Shown: positions 15,151 to 26,239 of the stretch, one piece after another
Numbering within the stretch: the stretch's first letter is position 1
How the letters are laid out: the number at the start of each line of letters is the position of its first letter
IMG/VR virus record: IMGVR_UViG_3300045988_137804
Span: 1-64,000 of that record
Direction: 5' to 3' (one strand)
DNA length: 64,000 nucleotides
From: a virus
Position numbers and translations under genes: made by a program
The notes under the pieces: model-generated
Told to the model about the DNA's origin: nothing
Databases searched by the model: none
The model's input: only the letters and a program-made list of their open reading frames with translations

Positions 15151-16671
15151 ATGGAGATAATTAGTAACGTAACAAATGAAATATTGCTCGTTGGAAGCAT
15201 ATACAAAAAACCAGATTTGTTTGTAGAACATGGTAATAACATTAGGTCAAAATATGATTTTTATGATGAAGCAACAAAGTTCTTTTATGACAATGCAGAA
15301 ATTTTATATAAGACTCGCAGCCAGGAATTTAACAGAAGTATTGTTAGTACATACATGGCAGAAGAATCTGAGAGATTAAGCCTGTATAAAAAATATGGTG
15401 GATGGAAAACAATTGAAAAATGGATGGAACTTTCAGTACCAGACAATATGGCTGGGTACTATGAAGTCCTTAAAAAGTATTCGTTACTTAGAGAATATCA
15501 AAGAAATGGTTTTGATGTAAGTAAGATTGTTTCTCATCCTAAATTTGAAATGTTATCAGCAATGGATATTTACAGATTGATCCGTTCAAAAACAGATAGA
15601 ATTCATACTGTAATTTTAACGAACGAAGAAGCTGAAATATTAAATAGCAATATTCGTACAACATTATTGCACTGTATGGAAACACCTGACTTGGGACTTC
15701 AAATGCCATTTCCTATTATGAATGATATCACAAGAGGAATGAAAAAGAAGTCTGTAATGGCTGTTGGTATGCTTAGTAATGCAGGTAAAAGTAGACTTAT
15801 GACAAAGTTAATTGCTTATATTACTTTGGTATTAAAAGAAAAAGTCTTTGTTCTTTTAAACGAGATGTCTGTTGAAGAAATAAGATATGCATTAATAACA
15901 ACTGTTATTAACAATCCAGAGTTCCAAGAAATTCACGGATTAAAGATAAAAAAGAAAGAAAAAGAATTCACTCTTGGGTTATACAAAGATAACAAAGGTG
16001 AATTTATTTATCAGAAACGTGACGAATGGGGAGATATTACAGAATCTATTGAAGATTATATAGAGAGAGTCGCTGCAAACTCTGACGAATACATAAAGAT
16101 TATGCAGATTGCAGACTGGATCGAACAAGAGACACAAGGTCTTATTTTTGTAAAAGATGTTGCTTCTGCATATGATGATAAAACACTTGAATTCGAAATA
16201 AGAAAAGCACATCTTACTCTTGGAATAGATTATTTTTTCTATGATACATTCAAAAATGACATTTCCACAACTGGTGATTGGGCAGCAATGAAAGTAACAG
16301 CAACAAGGCTTACAGAAGTTGCGAAGGATCTTAATATGTTTGGCTACTTGTCAATTCAGTTGACGGACGATGCAAACTTTGTAAAACCAGACGAGCTTAC
16401 ATCAAGTAACATTGCAAACTGTAAATCAATCAAACATGTCTTACATACATTGTTTTTATTCAAAGAAATTCCAAAATCAGATTTTCATAAATATGGATAT
16501 ACTACAACAACAGATTGGGGGACTAATACAGTTCATTCGTTAGACGAGACAAAACGATATTATTGTTGTGTTTGTGATAAGAACAGATTTGGCGCAAAGA
16601 AAAAAACATTATTTGAAATAAATTTAGATTACAACATTTGGTTGGAAGTCGGAGAAATTATTAAAAAATAA
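15151..16671 (+). CDS. DnaB-like replicative DNA helicase
   Basis: DnaB-type N-terminal region (ILLVGSIYKKPDLF), Walker A MLSNAGKSRLM, RecA-like C-terminal domain. ATG at 15151 preferred over GTG at 15142. Confidence 0.65.
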   Translation: MEIISNVTNEILLVGSIYKKPDLFVEHGNNIRSKYDFYDEATKFFYDNAEILYKTRSQEFNRSIVSTYMAEESERLSLYKKYGGWKTIEKWMELSVPDNMAGYYEVLKKYSLLREYQRNGFDVSKIVSHPKFEMLSAMDIYRLIRSKTDRIHTVILTNEEAEILNSNIRTTLLHCMETPDLGLQMPFPIMNDITRGMKKKSVMAVGMLSNAGKSRLMTKLIAYITLVLKEKVFVLLNEMSVEEIRYALITTVINNPEFQEIHGLKIKKKEKEFTLGLYKDNKGEFIYQKRDEWGDITESIEDYIERVAANSDEYIKIMQIADWIEQETQGLIFVKDVASAYDDKTLEFEIRKAHLTLGIDYFFYDTFKNDISTTGDWAAMKVTATRLTEVAKDLNMFGYLSIQLTDDANFVKPDELTSSNIANCKSIKHVLHTLFLFKEIPKSDFHKYGYTTTTDWGTNTVHSLDETKRYYCCVCDKNRFGAKKKTLFEINLDYNIWLEVGEIIKK

Positions 16672-16688
16672 AGGAAGTGGTGGTTTAA

Positions 16689-17711
16689 TTGGATATCGAA
16701 TCTCTCAAAGAAAATATACTAGAAAATGATTTAATACCAGTAGTTTTAGAAGAAGTTGGATGTCATCATATCAAACATAGAGATGGGTTTTATCAATGTG
16801 CAAATCCAGATGGTGATAACACAACAGCGGTTTGTGTGTATGAAAATACCAATTTAACCACCATTAATTATACAAGAGATATAACAAACGGAAGAAAAGG
16901 TTCTGATTTAATCTCTTTAGTTGAATTTTATAAGAACGAAACATTTCCACATGCAATCAAATGGATTTGTGATGTTCTTGATATAGATTACTATTCTAAT
17001 CCAGAAGATGAACTTCCAGAAAGTCTTAAATTGACGAAAATGTTGTTAGATTTACAGGAAAATGACAATGTGGAAGAAGAGGAAAAACCATTAAAACCAA
17101 TCTCTGAAAGAATTCTTTCCTATTATAAGCCTTATGTAAATGACATGTTTCTTGAAGATAATGTTGATTACGATACACAGTCAGAATTTGAGATTGGATA
17201 TGATGAAGAAAGTAACAGAATAACAATTCCTATAAGAGATGATTTGGGAAATTTAGTTGGTGTAAAAGCAAGGTATTTTTATAGAGAAGTGCCAGAAGAT
17301 ACTATGAAATTTATCTATCTTGAAAAATGTGCAAGGTCACAAATCTTATACGGTCTGTATAAAACAATCAATTTTATAAAACAGAAAAAAAGAGTATTTG
17401 TTGTAGAAGCAGAAAAGGGTGTTCAGCAATTATGGAATGCTGGATATCAAGAAGCTGTTGCAACTGGTGGAAAAAAGATAACGCAATGTCAAATTAATAA
17501 ACTAACAAGACTTTGTGTTCCGATCATTTTTGTTTTTGACAAGGATGTTGAAAAAGAAGAATTGGATTCTATAGCAAAGCGTTTTATAGACGAAGTTGAG
17601 ATTTATGCATTGATAGATAAAGATGGAATTTTATCTAAGAAAGAATCACCGACAGATAATATAGAAAAATTTGAACAATTATTAAATAAGAATATTTATA
17701 AATTACGATAG
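16689..17711 (+). CDS. DNA primase (zinc-binding N-terminus plus Toprim)
   Basis: CHHIKHRDGFYQCANPDGDN zinc-finger-like region. Toprim-like VFVVEAEKGVQQLW ... FVFDKD. TTG start with an AAGGAAGTGG RBS. Confidence 0.65.
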   Translation: MDIESLKENILENDLIPVVLEEVGCHHIKHRDGFYQCANPDGDNTTAVCVYENTNLTTINYTRDITNGRKGSDLISLVEFYKNETFPHAIKWICDVLDIDYYSNPEDELPESLKLTKMLLDLQENDNVEEEEKPLKPISERILSYYKPYVNDMFLEDNVDYDTQSEFEIGYDEESNRITIPIRDDLGNLVGVKARYFYREVPEDTMKFIYLEKCARSQILYGLYKTINFIKQKKRVFVVEAEKGVQQLWNAGYQEAVATGGKKITQCQINKLTRLCVPIIFVFDKDVEKEELDSIAKRFIDEVEIYALIDKDGILSKKESPTDNIEKFEQLLNKNIYKLR

Positions 17712-17718
17712 GAGTGAT

Positions 17719-19446
17719 TTGTTGAAATATAGATTAATCAAAGACTCATTAAACGATGAGTACAACGTACAAAAAACGATCCTACTAAATCGTGGTGTAG
17801 AAAATTGGAAAGAATATTTAAACATAGACGAATCATGTATTAACGACTATTCGATGCTCGACAATATTCACGAAGCAGTTTTATGTTATATATCACATTT
17901 AGACAGAGGGTCAAAAATTCATGTAATTGTAGATCCTGATGTTGATGGCTTTTGTTCTGCCAGCGAGATTATAAGATATACAAAAAAGATAAATTCTGAA
18001 GCAAATATAACATATTCATTGCATACGCAAAAACAGCATGGAATTTCTGAAGATATTACAATTCCAGAAGATATAGATTTATTAATTGTACCAGACGCAG
18101 GAAGTAATGATGTAATTCAATGTAAGGAATTGAATGAAAACGGAATTGACGTTATCGTTTTAGATCATCATATTTGTGATAAAAAGAATCCGTATGCAAT
18201 TGTTGTAAATAATCAGATGTGCGATTATCCAAACAAAAACTTTTGTGGTGGCGGTATTGTATATAAGTTCTTAAAAGCTGTAGATGATGAGCTTTGGGAG
18301 AATTACGCAGATGATTTTCTTGATATGGTAGCACTGTCAAACATTAGTGATGTAATGGACATGAGAGAATTTGAGACAAGATATTATGTCAATACAGGAT
18401 TAAACAAGATTAGAAGTAAGGTTTTTAAAGCACTTATTGATAAGCAATCATACTCAATGAAAGATGTTGTGAACATTATTTCTGTGCAATTTTACGTAAC
18501 ACCAATCTTAAATGCAATGATTAGAGTTGGTAATCAGGATGACAAAGACTTATTATTCAGAGCGTTTATTGAAACTGATGAAGTGTTTAAGTATAAAAAA
18601 CGTGGTGCTACAGAAGAAACGGATGAAGATATTTACACAAGAGCAGCAAGACTTTGTTATAACGCTAAAAATAGACAGGGAAAAGAAGTGTCTAAAAGCG
18701 TTGATGAAATTGATAATATTATAAAACAGAACGAGTTATATAAGAACAAAGCAATTTTTGTCAATGTCTCTAATGTTCTTAGCCAAACATTGACTGGTCT
18801 TGTAGCAATGAAAATTGCAGATAAATATAATAAACCATGCTTATTATTACGAAGACAGAAGTTACGTGATGATGGTGGAATGTTCTATGGTGGTTCTTGC
18901 AGAAACTTTGATCATAGTCCAATTGGCAGTCTAAAGAATGAACTTGATAGCACCAATCTATTTGAGTTTGTACAAGGTCATGATAATGCAGCAGGTTTTA
19001 GTATCAACAGAAACAATGTTGAAAAAGCAATTAGTAGAATAAATACAATGTGGAAAAACATTGATTTTACAGCATATTACGAAGTTGATTTTGACAAAGA
19101 TGTTAGTGAGATTGATATATCATTTGTAAAAGAAATTGATGATATAAAAGACTTGTTTGGACAAGGGATCAAAGAACCTTATGTTCATATATCAAATATT
19201 CCTGTTGTAAAAGAAGATACATTTGTTATGGGGAAAGAGTCAAATAGTTGGAAAGTCATTTACAATGATGAACTTGCATTTGTAAAGTTCTCAGTTGATA
19301 AAGAAAAAGATGCAATTATCAATAGTATGTTTTCTGATACGGACGGACTTCTTGGAACAATGGATGTTGTAGGAACAGTTAGTTTAAATAATTACAAAGG
19401 AATTTTAACACCACAAGTAATTGTAAAAGACTATGAATTTAAGTAG
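17719..19446 (+). CDS. DHH-family phosphoesterase / RecJ-like exonuclease
   Basis: DHH motifs VIVDPDVDG, VPDAGS and VLDHH. Confidence 0.7.
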   Translation: MLKYRLIKDSLNDEYNVQKTILLNRGVENWKEYLNIDESCINDYSMLDNIHEAVLCYISHLDRGSKIHVIVDPDVDGFCSASEIIRYTKKINSEANITYSLHTQKQHGISEDITIPEDIDLLIVPDAGSNDVIQCKELNENGIDVIVLDHHICDKKNPYAIVVNNQMCDYPNKNFCGGGIVYKFLKAVDDELWENYADDFLDMVALSNISDVMDMREFETRYYVNTGLNKIRSKVFKALIDKQSYSMKDVVNIISVQFYVTPILNAMIRVGNQDDKDLLFRAFIETDEVFKYKKRGATEETDEDIYTRAARLCYNAKNRQGKEVSKSVDEIDNIIKQNELYKNKAIFVNVSNVLSQTLTGLVAMKIADKYNKPCLLLRRQKLRDDGGMFYGGSCRNFDHSPIGSLKNELDSTNLFEFVQGHDNAAGFSINRNNVEKAISRINTMWKNIDFTAYYEVDFDKDVSEIDISFVKEIDDIKDLFGQGIKEPYVHISNIPVVKEDTFVMGKESNSWKVIYNDELAFVKFSVDKEKDAIINSMFSDTDGLLGTMDVVGTVSLNNYKGILTPQVIVKDYEFK

Positions 19447-19456
19447 GAGATAAAAT

Positions 19457-22400
19457 ATGGCTAGTTCATTACATAATCATAGTGAGTATTCAGTTTTGGA
19501 TGGATTTTCCCATCCTGAAGAATACTTAAAAAGAGCGCAAGAGATTGGACTACATGCTTTTGCCATTACGGAACACGGAAATGAATACAGTTGGATTTAT
19601 TTTGACAAGTTAAAAAGTAAGTATCCAGATGTGAAAATGATTTACGGAGTAGAACTTTACGAATGTTTTGATATAAAAGTGCAAGATCCAGACAATAAAT
19701 ACTTTCACTTGGTTGCACTTGCGAAGAATGAAAAAGGAAGAATTGCTTTAAACGAGATTGTTACAAAAAGTAATTTTGAAGGATTTTATTACAAGCCTAG
19801 AACAGATTTGAAAATGTTAAAACCATACGCAAAAGATTTAATCATTCTTTCTGCATGTTTGGCATCCAAAATTGCTCGTGAAAAAGACTTTGATAAATGC
19901 GTAGATTATATCAATGAATACAAAAGTATTTTTCCAAATTTCTTTCTTGAAATGCAAAGTCATAAAACAGAAGACCAATCTATTTACAATCAAAAAATTC
20001 TTAAATTATCAGAAGTAACAAATACACCATATACAATTACAACTGATTCTCATGCTGCCACAGAAGAAGATTTGTATTATCAAGCAAGACATGTTCAGAT
20101 TGCTCGTGATAATGAAACAATGACAGAACTATATGATGGTTGCTATGTACAATCAGAAAATGAAATTCATTCAATAATGGACAAACAAATCGGACATGAT
20201 AATGTGTCAAAAGGAATTGAAATGTCTGATTACATTGCTGATATGGTTGATGATGTAAGTATGCCATTTCAGTCTCCGCAGTTGCCTACATTTCCATTGC
20301 CTGATGGTTTTAAAGACAATTTTGAATACTTGAAATATCTTTGTGAAGATGGTTGGAAAACAAGAAAACTAGATGAATTGTCAGAAGAAGATAAAGAAAT
20401 AAGAAGAAAAAGACTTGATTATGAGCTTGGAATCATTCATCAAATGGGTTTTGACGGTTATTTCCTTATAGTTTGGGATTTTATAAAATGGTCAAAACAT
20501 AATGGCGTTTACGTAGGTGACGGAAGAGGAAGTGGCGGAGGATCTATTGTAGATTATCTGCTTGGAATTTCTCAGCTTGATCCAATTACATACAATCTGA
20601 TTTTTGAACGTTTTCTTAACCCAGAACGTGTATCTATGCCTGATATTGATACCGATTTCTCTGATAGAGAAAAAGTTGTTCAGTATCTAATGGATAAATA
20701 CGGTGCAGATAGGGTATGTCAGATTATCAACTTTTCTTATATCACTCCGGTTGTAGCGATTAAAGATGTTGGTCGTGTATTAAAGATTCCATATAAAATC
20801 TGTGACAAAATCAGCAAGAAGTTTACATATCCTACGTTTGAAGAATGCGTAGATAACAATCCATCATTGTATGAAGAATATGCAGACTACAAAGAACTAT
20901 TTGACATCGCAGGAAAAATAAGTGGAAGAGTTAGACAGACATCCGTTCATGCAGGTGGAGTTGGAATTGTAGATACAAAAGTTACAGATTACATGGCTAT
21001 GAAAGTTGGTAGCAAAGGTGAGCATGTAATTCAAGTAGACAAAAAGAACGTTGAAGAAATTGGAATTATTAAGTTTGACTGTTTGGGATTGGCAGATACA
21101 TTAAATACAATCAAATACGCTGTTGAATATGCAGGTATTGATGAATGGGAGATTGATGCAAATAATCCAGATTTCTTAAACAATAAGGAAATGTATGAAC
21201 TACTATGTTCAGCAAAAACAAATGGTGTGTTCCAAGTTGAATCACAGGGAATGAAAGACCTTCTATTAAGACTTCAACCATCAAATCTAGAAGATGTATC
21301 TGCTGTATTGGCTCTGTACAGACCTGACAGTATGGGTGCGTTGGATGAATATATTGAGTGCAAACACGGTAGAAAGACAGTTGAATATATGCATCCAGAT
21401 ATGAAACCAATTTTGGAAAGCACTTATGGTTGTATGATCTATCAAGAAGAAATGATGGATATAGTACGTATTTTTGGTGGAAGAACTTACGGTGGAGCAG
21501 ACAAGTTTCGTAAGGCTGTAGGCAAGAAGGATGTAAAGCTTATAAAAACAGAGTCTGAAAAAATATATAAAGAAATTATTGACTGTGGATATGGAGAAGA
21601 TATTGCAAAAGAAATTAGTGATTTTTTAGCAAGTAAGGGTAATTACCTCTTCAACAAAAGTCATTCCGCCCTGTACTCGCTTTTGACTCTTAAAACAGCA
21701 TATCTTAAAGCAAAATATCCAGTTGAATTCTTTTGTGCATTATTAAATCAAAAAAGAGATGATTATGGCGCATTGAACAAATATATTCTTGATGCAAAAG
21801 ACTTTGGAGTTGAACTTTTACCACCACATCTTAATCGTTCTGAACGTGGATTCAAAGTATTTAATGGCAAGATTTTGTTTGGTCTTGAAGCAATCAAGGG
21901 TGTTGGAGAAAAATTCGTAGATGCATTGATCGAAGAAAGAAATAAAAAACCATTTGAGAACTTTAAAGATTTCTACGAAAGAATGTCTCCGTCAGTGTCT
22001 ATTGTAGTATCACTTGCAAAGGCTGGTGCAATTCCATGTAAGGATAAGCGTCAATTATTAATTAATTTTGCAGCAGGTCAATATCAGAAAAAAGAATTTA
22101 CACCAGTAAAAACATTGCCAAAACTATCAATTCTTAAAGAAAAATATGGAATTGATGGTGGAGTTATCAAAGACAAAGAAGAGAGAATAAGATTATATAA
22201 CATAGAAAAAGAAAAAGAATTCAATAAATTGCAAAAAGAGAAGTTTGACAAGTCAATGCAGACGTTCTGTGACAAATACCTACAGAATGAAAACCTATGG
22301 GAATTTGAAGCATTATCTGTTTTTATTGACAAAAATCCATTTGTAGAAGCATACCAATATATTCAAAAAGATTTTGACGAAGTTGAAGATGGTGGAGATG

Positions 22401-22663
22401 GAGTTGTTGTAGGTATTGTTGCAAACATTCAAAAGAAAAAAGACAGAACAGGAAAACAGTTTGCTTTTGTATGGTTGTATTCTGCATATGGGCTTATAGA
22501 AGTAACTTGTTGGCATTCTCAATTAAAATCTTATGAAGACTTAATTAAAAAAGGAACACAAGTTTCTGTGTTGTATAGAAAGAGTGATGACAAAGCGATT
22601 GTAAAAGAGATGAAAACATACGAACAATGGCTTTCGGATCGTCACATACAAATGTCAAAATAA
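19457..22663 (+). CDS. dnaE: DNA polymerase III alpha subunit (DnaE-type, PHP domain)
   Basis: PHP start HNHSEYSVLDG, ITEHGN, palm region PDIDTDF, YQEEMM, fingers FNKSHSALYS. 1068 aa. Confidence 0.9.
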   Translation: MASSLHNHSEYSVLDGFSHPEEYLKRAQEIGLHAFAITEHGNEYSWIYFDKLKSKYPDVKMIYGVELYECFDIKVQDPDNKYFHLVALAKNEKGRIALNEIVTKSNFEGFYYKPRTDLKMLKPYAKDLIILSACLASKIAREKDFDKCVDYINEYKSIFPNFFLEMQSHKTEDQSIYNQKILKLSEVTNTPYTITTDSHAATEEDLYYQARHVQIARDNETMTELYDGCYVQSENEIHSIMDKQIGHDNVSKGIEMSDYIADMVDDVSMPFQSPQLPTFPLPDGFKDNFEYLKYLCEDGWKTRKLDELSEEDKEIRRKRLDYELGIIHQMGFDGYFLIVWDFIKWSKHNGVYVGDGRGSGGGSIVDYLLGISQLDPITYNLIFERFLNPERVSMPDIDTDFSDREKVVQYLMDKYGADRVCQIINFSYITPVVAIKDVGRVLKIPYKICDKISKKFTYPTFEECVDNNPSLYEEYADYKELFDIAGKISGRVRQTSVHAGGVGIVDTKVTDYMAMKVGSKGEHVIQVDKKNVEEIGIIKFDCLGLADTLNTIKYAVEYAGIDEWEIDANNPDFLNNKEMYELLCSAKTNGVFQVESQGMKDLLLRLQPSNLEDVSAVLALYRPDSMGALDEYIECKHGRKTVEYMHPDMKPILESTYGCMIYQEEMMDIVRIFGGRTYGGADKFRKAVGKKDVKLIKTESEKIYKEIIDCGYGEDIAKEISDFLASKGNYLFNKSHSALYSLLTLKTAYLKAKYPVEFFCALLNQKRDDYGALNKYILDAKDFGVELLPPHLNRSERGFKVFNGKILFGLEAIKGVGEKFVDALIEERNKKPFENFKDFYERMSPSVSIVVSLAKAGAIPCKDKRQLLINFAAGQYQKKEFTPVKTLPKLSILKEKYGIDGGVIKDKEERIRLYNIEKEKEFNKLQKEKFDKSMQTFCDKYLQNENLWEFEALSVFIDKNPFVEAYQYIQKDFDEVEDGGDGVVVGIVANIQKKKDRTGKQFAFVWLYSAYGLIEVTCWHSQLKSYEDLIKKGTQVSVLYRKSDDKAIVKEMKTYEQWLSDRHIQMSK

Positions 22664-22675
22664 AGGAGATATTCA

Positions 22676-24922
22676 ATGAAAGTTGGAGAAGAAGTAAAGT
22701 TTAAATGTGTTCCAGTTACAGAAAGATATTACAATGATGATTCTTCGTATGGGGTATTTGTATTCCATACGAAGGACGAAATACCAGAATACGATGAAGT
22801 TCCTGATTCTCCATTTGAAAGTATTGAATCAACTTCTGGTAAACGAATGTCTATATTAGCTGGAAACATGCAGCAGTTATATGTTGGATCAGAATACGAA
22901 GTAACTGCTACGTTAGATTACAATAGTAAATACAAATCTTATCAGTATAAGCCAAAGATTATTACATCTATAACGCCCAAAACAGAAGAACAACAAAAGA
23001 AATTCTTGCAATCAATTGTTACGAAAAACCAAGCAGAAACATTATTAGCAAAATATCCAAATATTGTAGAAGATATTATTAATGGCAATGATAATGTTGA
23101 TATTCGTTCTTTGAAAGGAATAGGGGACAGGACATATGCTTCAATTAAAAAGAAAGTAATTGATAATTATGTTATTTCAGACATTCTAACATTGCTTCAA
23201 CCACTTGGAGTTACTTATGCAAAAATCAAAAAGTTGCTTTCCAATGAACCAAATCCAACATTATTAAAAGAAAAGTTGCTAAGTAACCCATATATCATGC
23301 TTAATATTAGAGGGTTTGGATTCAAGACAGTGGATCAACTTGCGTTAAAACTAAATCCAGGAATCAAATGTTCTGCAAAAAGAACTTACGCTTTTATAAA
23401 ATATTACCTTAAAGATATTGGAAACAATCAAGGACATACATGGGTTGATATAGATGCACTTGAAAATGCTGTCATTGACAACATTAACGAATGCACAGAT
23501 ATTTTTAAATCAATCATTGAGAATGAGAAAAATAAAGAAATAAATCTTCATTTCTATTATGACAAAGTTGGTCTTATGGAGTATTACGAATCTGAAAAAA
23601 ATGTATTTGAACAGTTAAAAAGATTAAATAATACAACTCCGTTAAAGATAACTGAAGAAGATATAAGAATAGGAATAGAACAGTCAGAAAAGGATCAAGG
23701 TTTTACACTTACAGAAGAACAAAAAGAACTTGTCAAAAACAGCGTAAAAAGCAATGTTGTAATAGTAGTTGGATTCGCAGGTGTTGGTAAAACTTGTGTT
23801 TCAAGAGCAATTCTTAATGTTTACAAACATGCAAAATATTCAATTTCCTGTTGTGCTTTATCAGCAATGGCAGGTCAGAGAATAACTGAAGCAACAGGTT
23901 TTGAAGCATCTACAATTCATAGATTACTTGGCTATAGTCCAAATGGTTTTGCATTTAACTCAGATGTACCATTACAACAAGACGTTATTTTCGTAGATGA
24001 ATGTTCGATGATTAATTCGTATCTATTTGAATCAATCGTTTCTGCAATACAGACTGGCAAAAAAATTATCATGTGTGGTGATAACAGACAGTTACCACCA
24101 ATAGGATATGGAAATATATTTGGTGATTTGCTTGAAAAAACAGATGATTTCTCAATATTCAAATTGACAAAAGTTCTTAGACAGGCTGAAAAGTCTGGAA
24201 TTCTTATGGACGCAAATAAAATTCGTGAAGGAAAATTTCCAATAAAACAACCGGAATTGAAAATTATCAACGGTGAACTGCAAGATATGACATATATGTT
24301 CAGAGATTCAAGAGAAAGTCTATCGTCAATTGCAATAAAAACATATATGAAAGTAGTTGAAAAAGATGGTCTTGATAATGTTGTAATCATAACACCAAGA
24401 CGTGAGAATTGTGAGAACAGTGCAAACGAAATGAACAAAAAGATTGTGAATTTAATAGCAGACAAGACTCAAAAATATATGAAAATCGGAGATAAGACAT
24501 TTTATGTTGGTTCTAAAGTGATGCAGACAGATAACAACTATGACAAGAATGTATTTAATGGCGAGATAGGATATATCAAAGATATTAAAACTGAGTATGA
24601 CGGTAATGAAAAAACAACAGTTTTTAATGTTGAATATAAGATGAATGGGAAATCGAAAGTTGTTAAATACAATAGAAACGAATTAGGTCAGATTGATTTG
24701 GCGTATGCTATGACAGTTCATAAAGTACAGGGACAATCAATTAAATCTGTAATTATTATTACGGATATGACTCATTACACATTGCTTGATACATGTTTAT
24801 TATATACAGCAATAACTAGAGCAAAAGAAAGATGCTTGCTATTATCAGAGCCTATGGCATTTAAAATCTGTATGGAGAATAACAAAAGTAGAAACAGACA
24901 AACATGGTTAAGTTTAATGTAA
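22676..24922 (+). CDS. RecD2-like SF1 helicase
   Basis: Walker A GFAGVGKT, FVDECSM, CGDNRQLPPI, AMTVHKVQGQS, YTAITRAK. HhH-like N-terminal half. Confidence 0.8.
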   Translation: MKVGEEVKFKCVPVTERYYNDDSSYGVFVFHTKDEIPEYDEVPDSPFESIESTSGKRMSILAGNMQQLYVGSEYEVTATLDYNSKYKSYQYKPKIITSITPKTEEQQKKFLQSIVTKNQAETLLAKYPNIVEDIINGNDNVDIRSLKGIGDRTYASIKKKVIDNYVISDILTLLQPLGVTYAKIKKLLSNEPNPTLLKEKLLSNPYIMLNIRGFGFKTVDQLALKLNPGIKCSAKRTYAFIKYYLKDIGNNQGHTWVDIDALENAVIDNINECTDIFKSIIENEKNKEINLHFYYDKVGLMEYYESEKNVFEQLKRLNNTTPLKITEEDIRIGIEQSEKDQGFTLTEEQKELVKNSVKSNVVIVVGFAGVGKTCVSRAILNVYKHAKYSISCCALSAMAGQRITEATGFEASTIHRLLGYSPNGFAFNSDVPLQQDVIFVDECSMINSYLFESIVSAIQTGKKIIMCGDNRQLPPIGYGNIFGDLLEKTDDFSIFKLTKVLRQAEKSGILMDANKIREGKFPIKQPELKIINGELQDMTYMFRDSRESLSSIAIKTYMKVVEKDGLDNVVIITPRRENCENSANEMNKKIVNLIADKTQKYMKIGDKTFYVGSKVMQTDNNYDKNVFNGEIGYIKDIKTEYDGNEKTTVFNVEYKMNGKSKVVKYNRNELGQIDLAYAMTVHKVQGQSIKSVIIITDMTHYTLLDTCLLYTAITRAKERCLLLSEPMAFKICMENNKSRNRQTWLSLM

Positions 24923-24940
24923 AGGAGAAATAAGAATCAA

Positions 24941-25747
24941 ATGATTAAAATTTCATGTAAAGAATACGCAGCCAATCTAAAAGAAGAACTAAAAGAGTTA
25001 TGCGAAAAATCACCAAGACAGCGTTGCCTTACAGTGGTTCAGATTGGGAATGATGCAGCAAGTAACTCTTATGTAAATGGCAAAAGAAAAGATTGTGAGT
25101 ATGTTGGGATCAAGTTCAATCATGTACATATTACAGATTATGAAAATCTTGACGAATCAGATCTATGCCAAATTATTAAAGAACTTGATAAATCAGAGGA
25201 AGTAGATGGAATCATCATCCAGCTTCCTATTCCAGACAAATACAATGTAAAAATATTGCAGCAGTTCATTAGTCCAGAAAAAGATGTTGATGGTTTCAGA
25301 AAGGATTCGCTTTACAATCCATGCACTCCGCAAGGAATTATTGATTGGCTCGAAGCTAATGACATTGATTTAAGAGGTAAGTTAATAACTGTATTAGGAA
25401 GAAGTGAGATAGTAGGTAAGCCACTTGTAAACATGTTGATTGATAATGGTGCAACAGTTATTAATTGCAACAGCAAAACACCAGAGAATAAAATAAAGTA
25501 TTTTACTAGAATGTCAGATATTGTTGTTTCTGCAATTGGTAAACCACTTAAGTTAGATTGGATTTATTTTGATGATTATACAATTATTGTAGATGTTGGA
25601 ATCAATAGAGATAAGGACGGTAAGTTATGTGGAGATGTAAATACGAAAGACTTTGATAAATTCTTTTCATCTAATTATGTAACACCTGTTCCGGGTGGTG
25701 TTGGTCTGTTAACAAGGGTTACATTGCTGAAAAATGTGATGAGATAA
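24941..25747 (+). CDS. folD: bifunctional methylenetetrahydrofolate dehydrogenase/cyclohydrolase
   Basis: YVNGKRKDCEYVGI, IIIQLPIP, GRSEIVGKPL, TPVPGGVGLLT. Confidence 0.85.
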   Translation: MIKISCKEYAANLKEELKELCEKSPRQRCLTVVQIGNDAASNSYVNGKRKDCEYVGIKFNHVHITDYENLDESDLCQIIKELDKSEEVDGIIIQLPIPDKYNVKILQQFISPEKDVDGFRKDSLYNPCTPQGIIDWLEANDIDLRGKLITVLGRSEIVGKPLVNMLIDNGATVINCNSKTPENKIKYFTRMSDIVVSAIGKPLKLDWIYFDDYTIIVDVGINRDKDGKLCGDVNTKDFDKFFSSNYVTPVPGGVGLLTRVTLLKNVMR

Positions 25748-25782
25748 GCAGATGAAAGAATCGTTTCATTAGGAGGAAACAT

Positions 25783-26112
25783 ATGAAAATGTTGTATACA
25801 GTAATGATTATTGCTTGTGCTATTGCTTACGTTGTTAGTGTTATTTCTCTTCTAAACCCAGATGGATGGAAAAGGAAGAAGTTCACAGCAGATGAGGCTA
25901 GGAAGATATCTGATGATTATTCTGAAGATATTGCCTTTATCGAGAAAGAAATTAAACAAACCGCTAAACAAAACAAAACTTCTGTCGAACTGACTATTAA
26001 CAGTGAAGAAGTAGTGAAGCATTTCGAGAACGCTAAATTTGTTGTAACACATGTCGATAAATGTATTTATAACATTGATTGGAGCAATGATGCAGAAAGT
26101 AAAAGACATTAG
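25783..26112 (+). CDS. membrane-anchored hypothetical protein
   Basis: N-terminal TM helix. AGGAGG RBS. Confidence 0.5.
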   Translation: MKMLYTVMIIACAIAYVVSVISLLNPDGWKRKKFTADEARKISDDYSEDIAFIEKEIKQTAKQNKTSVELTINSEEVVKHFENAKFVVTHVDKCIYNIDWSNDAESKRH

Positions 26113-26239
26113 AGAATATTCAATAGAGGAAATAATCTATCCTAAAACATTGGAACTCCGAGTCAGTATGGAAGATTTCAAACGCTGGCTTGGAGTCGAT
26201 GAAGAAAGAAAATTTGGTTACACATTGGAGGAGAATAAA

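Noticed and set aside
23932-24465. 177-aa antisense ORF within the RecD2-like helicase gene
   Set aside because: - The sense frame has unambiguous helicase motifs across the same span.
- The antisense ORF has no RBS and no recognisable motif.
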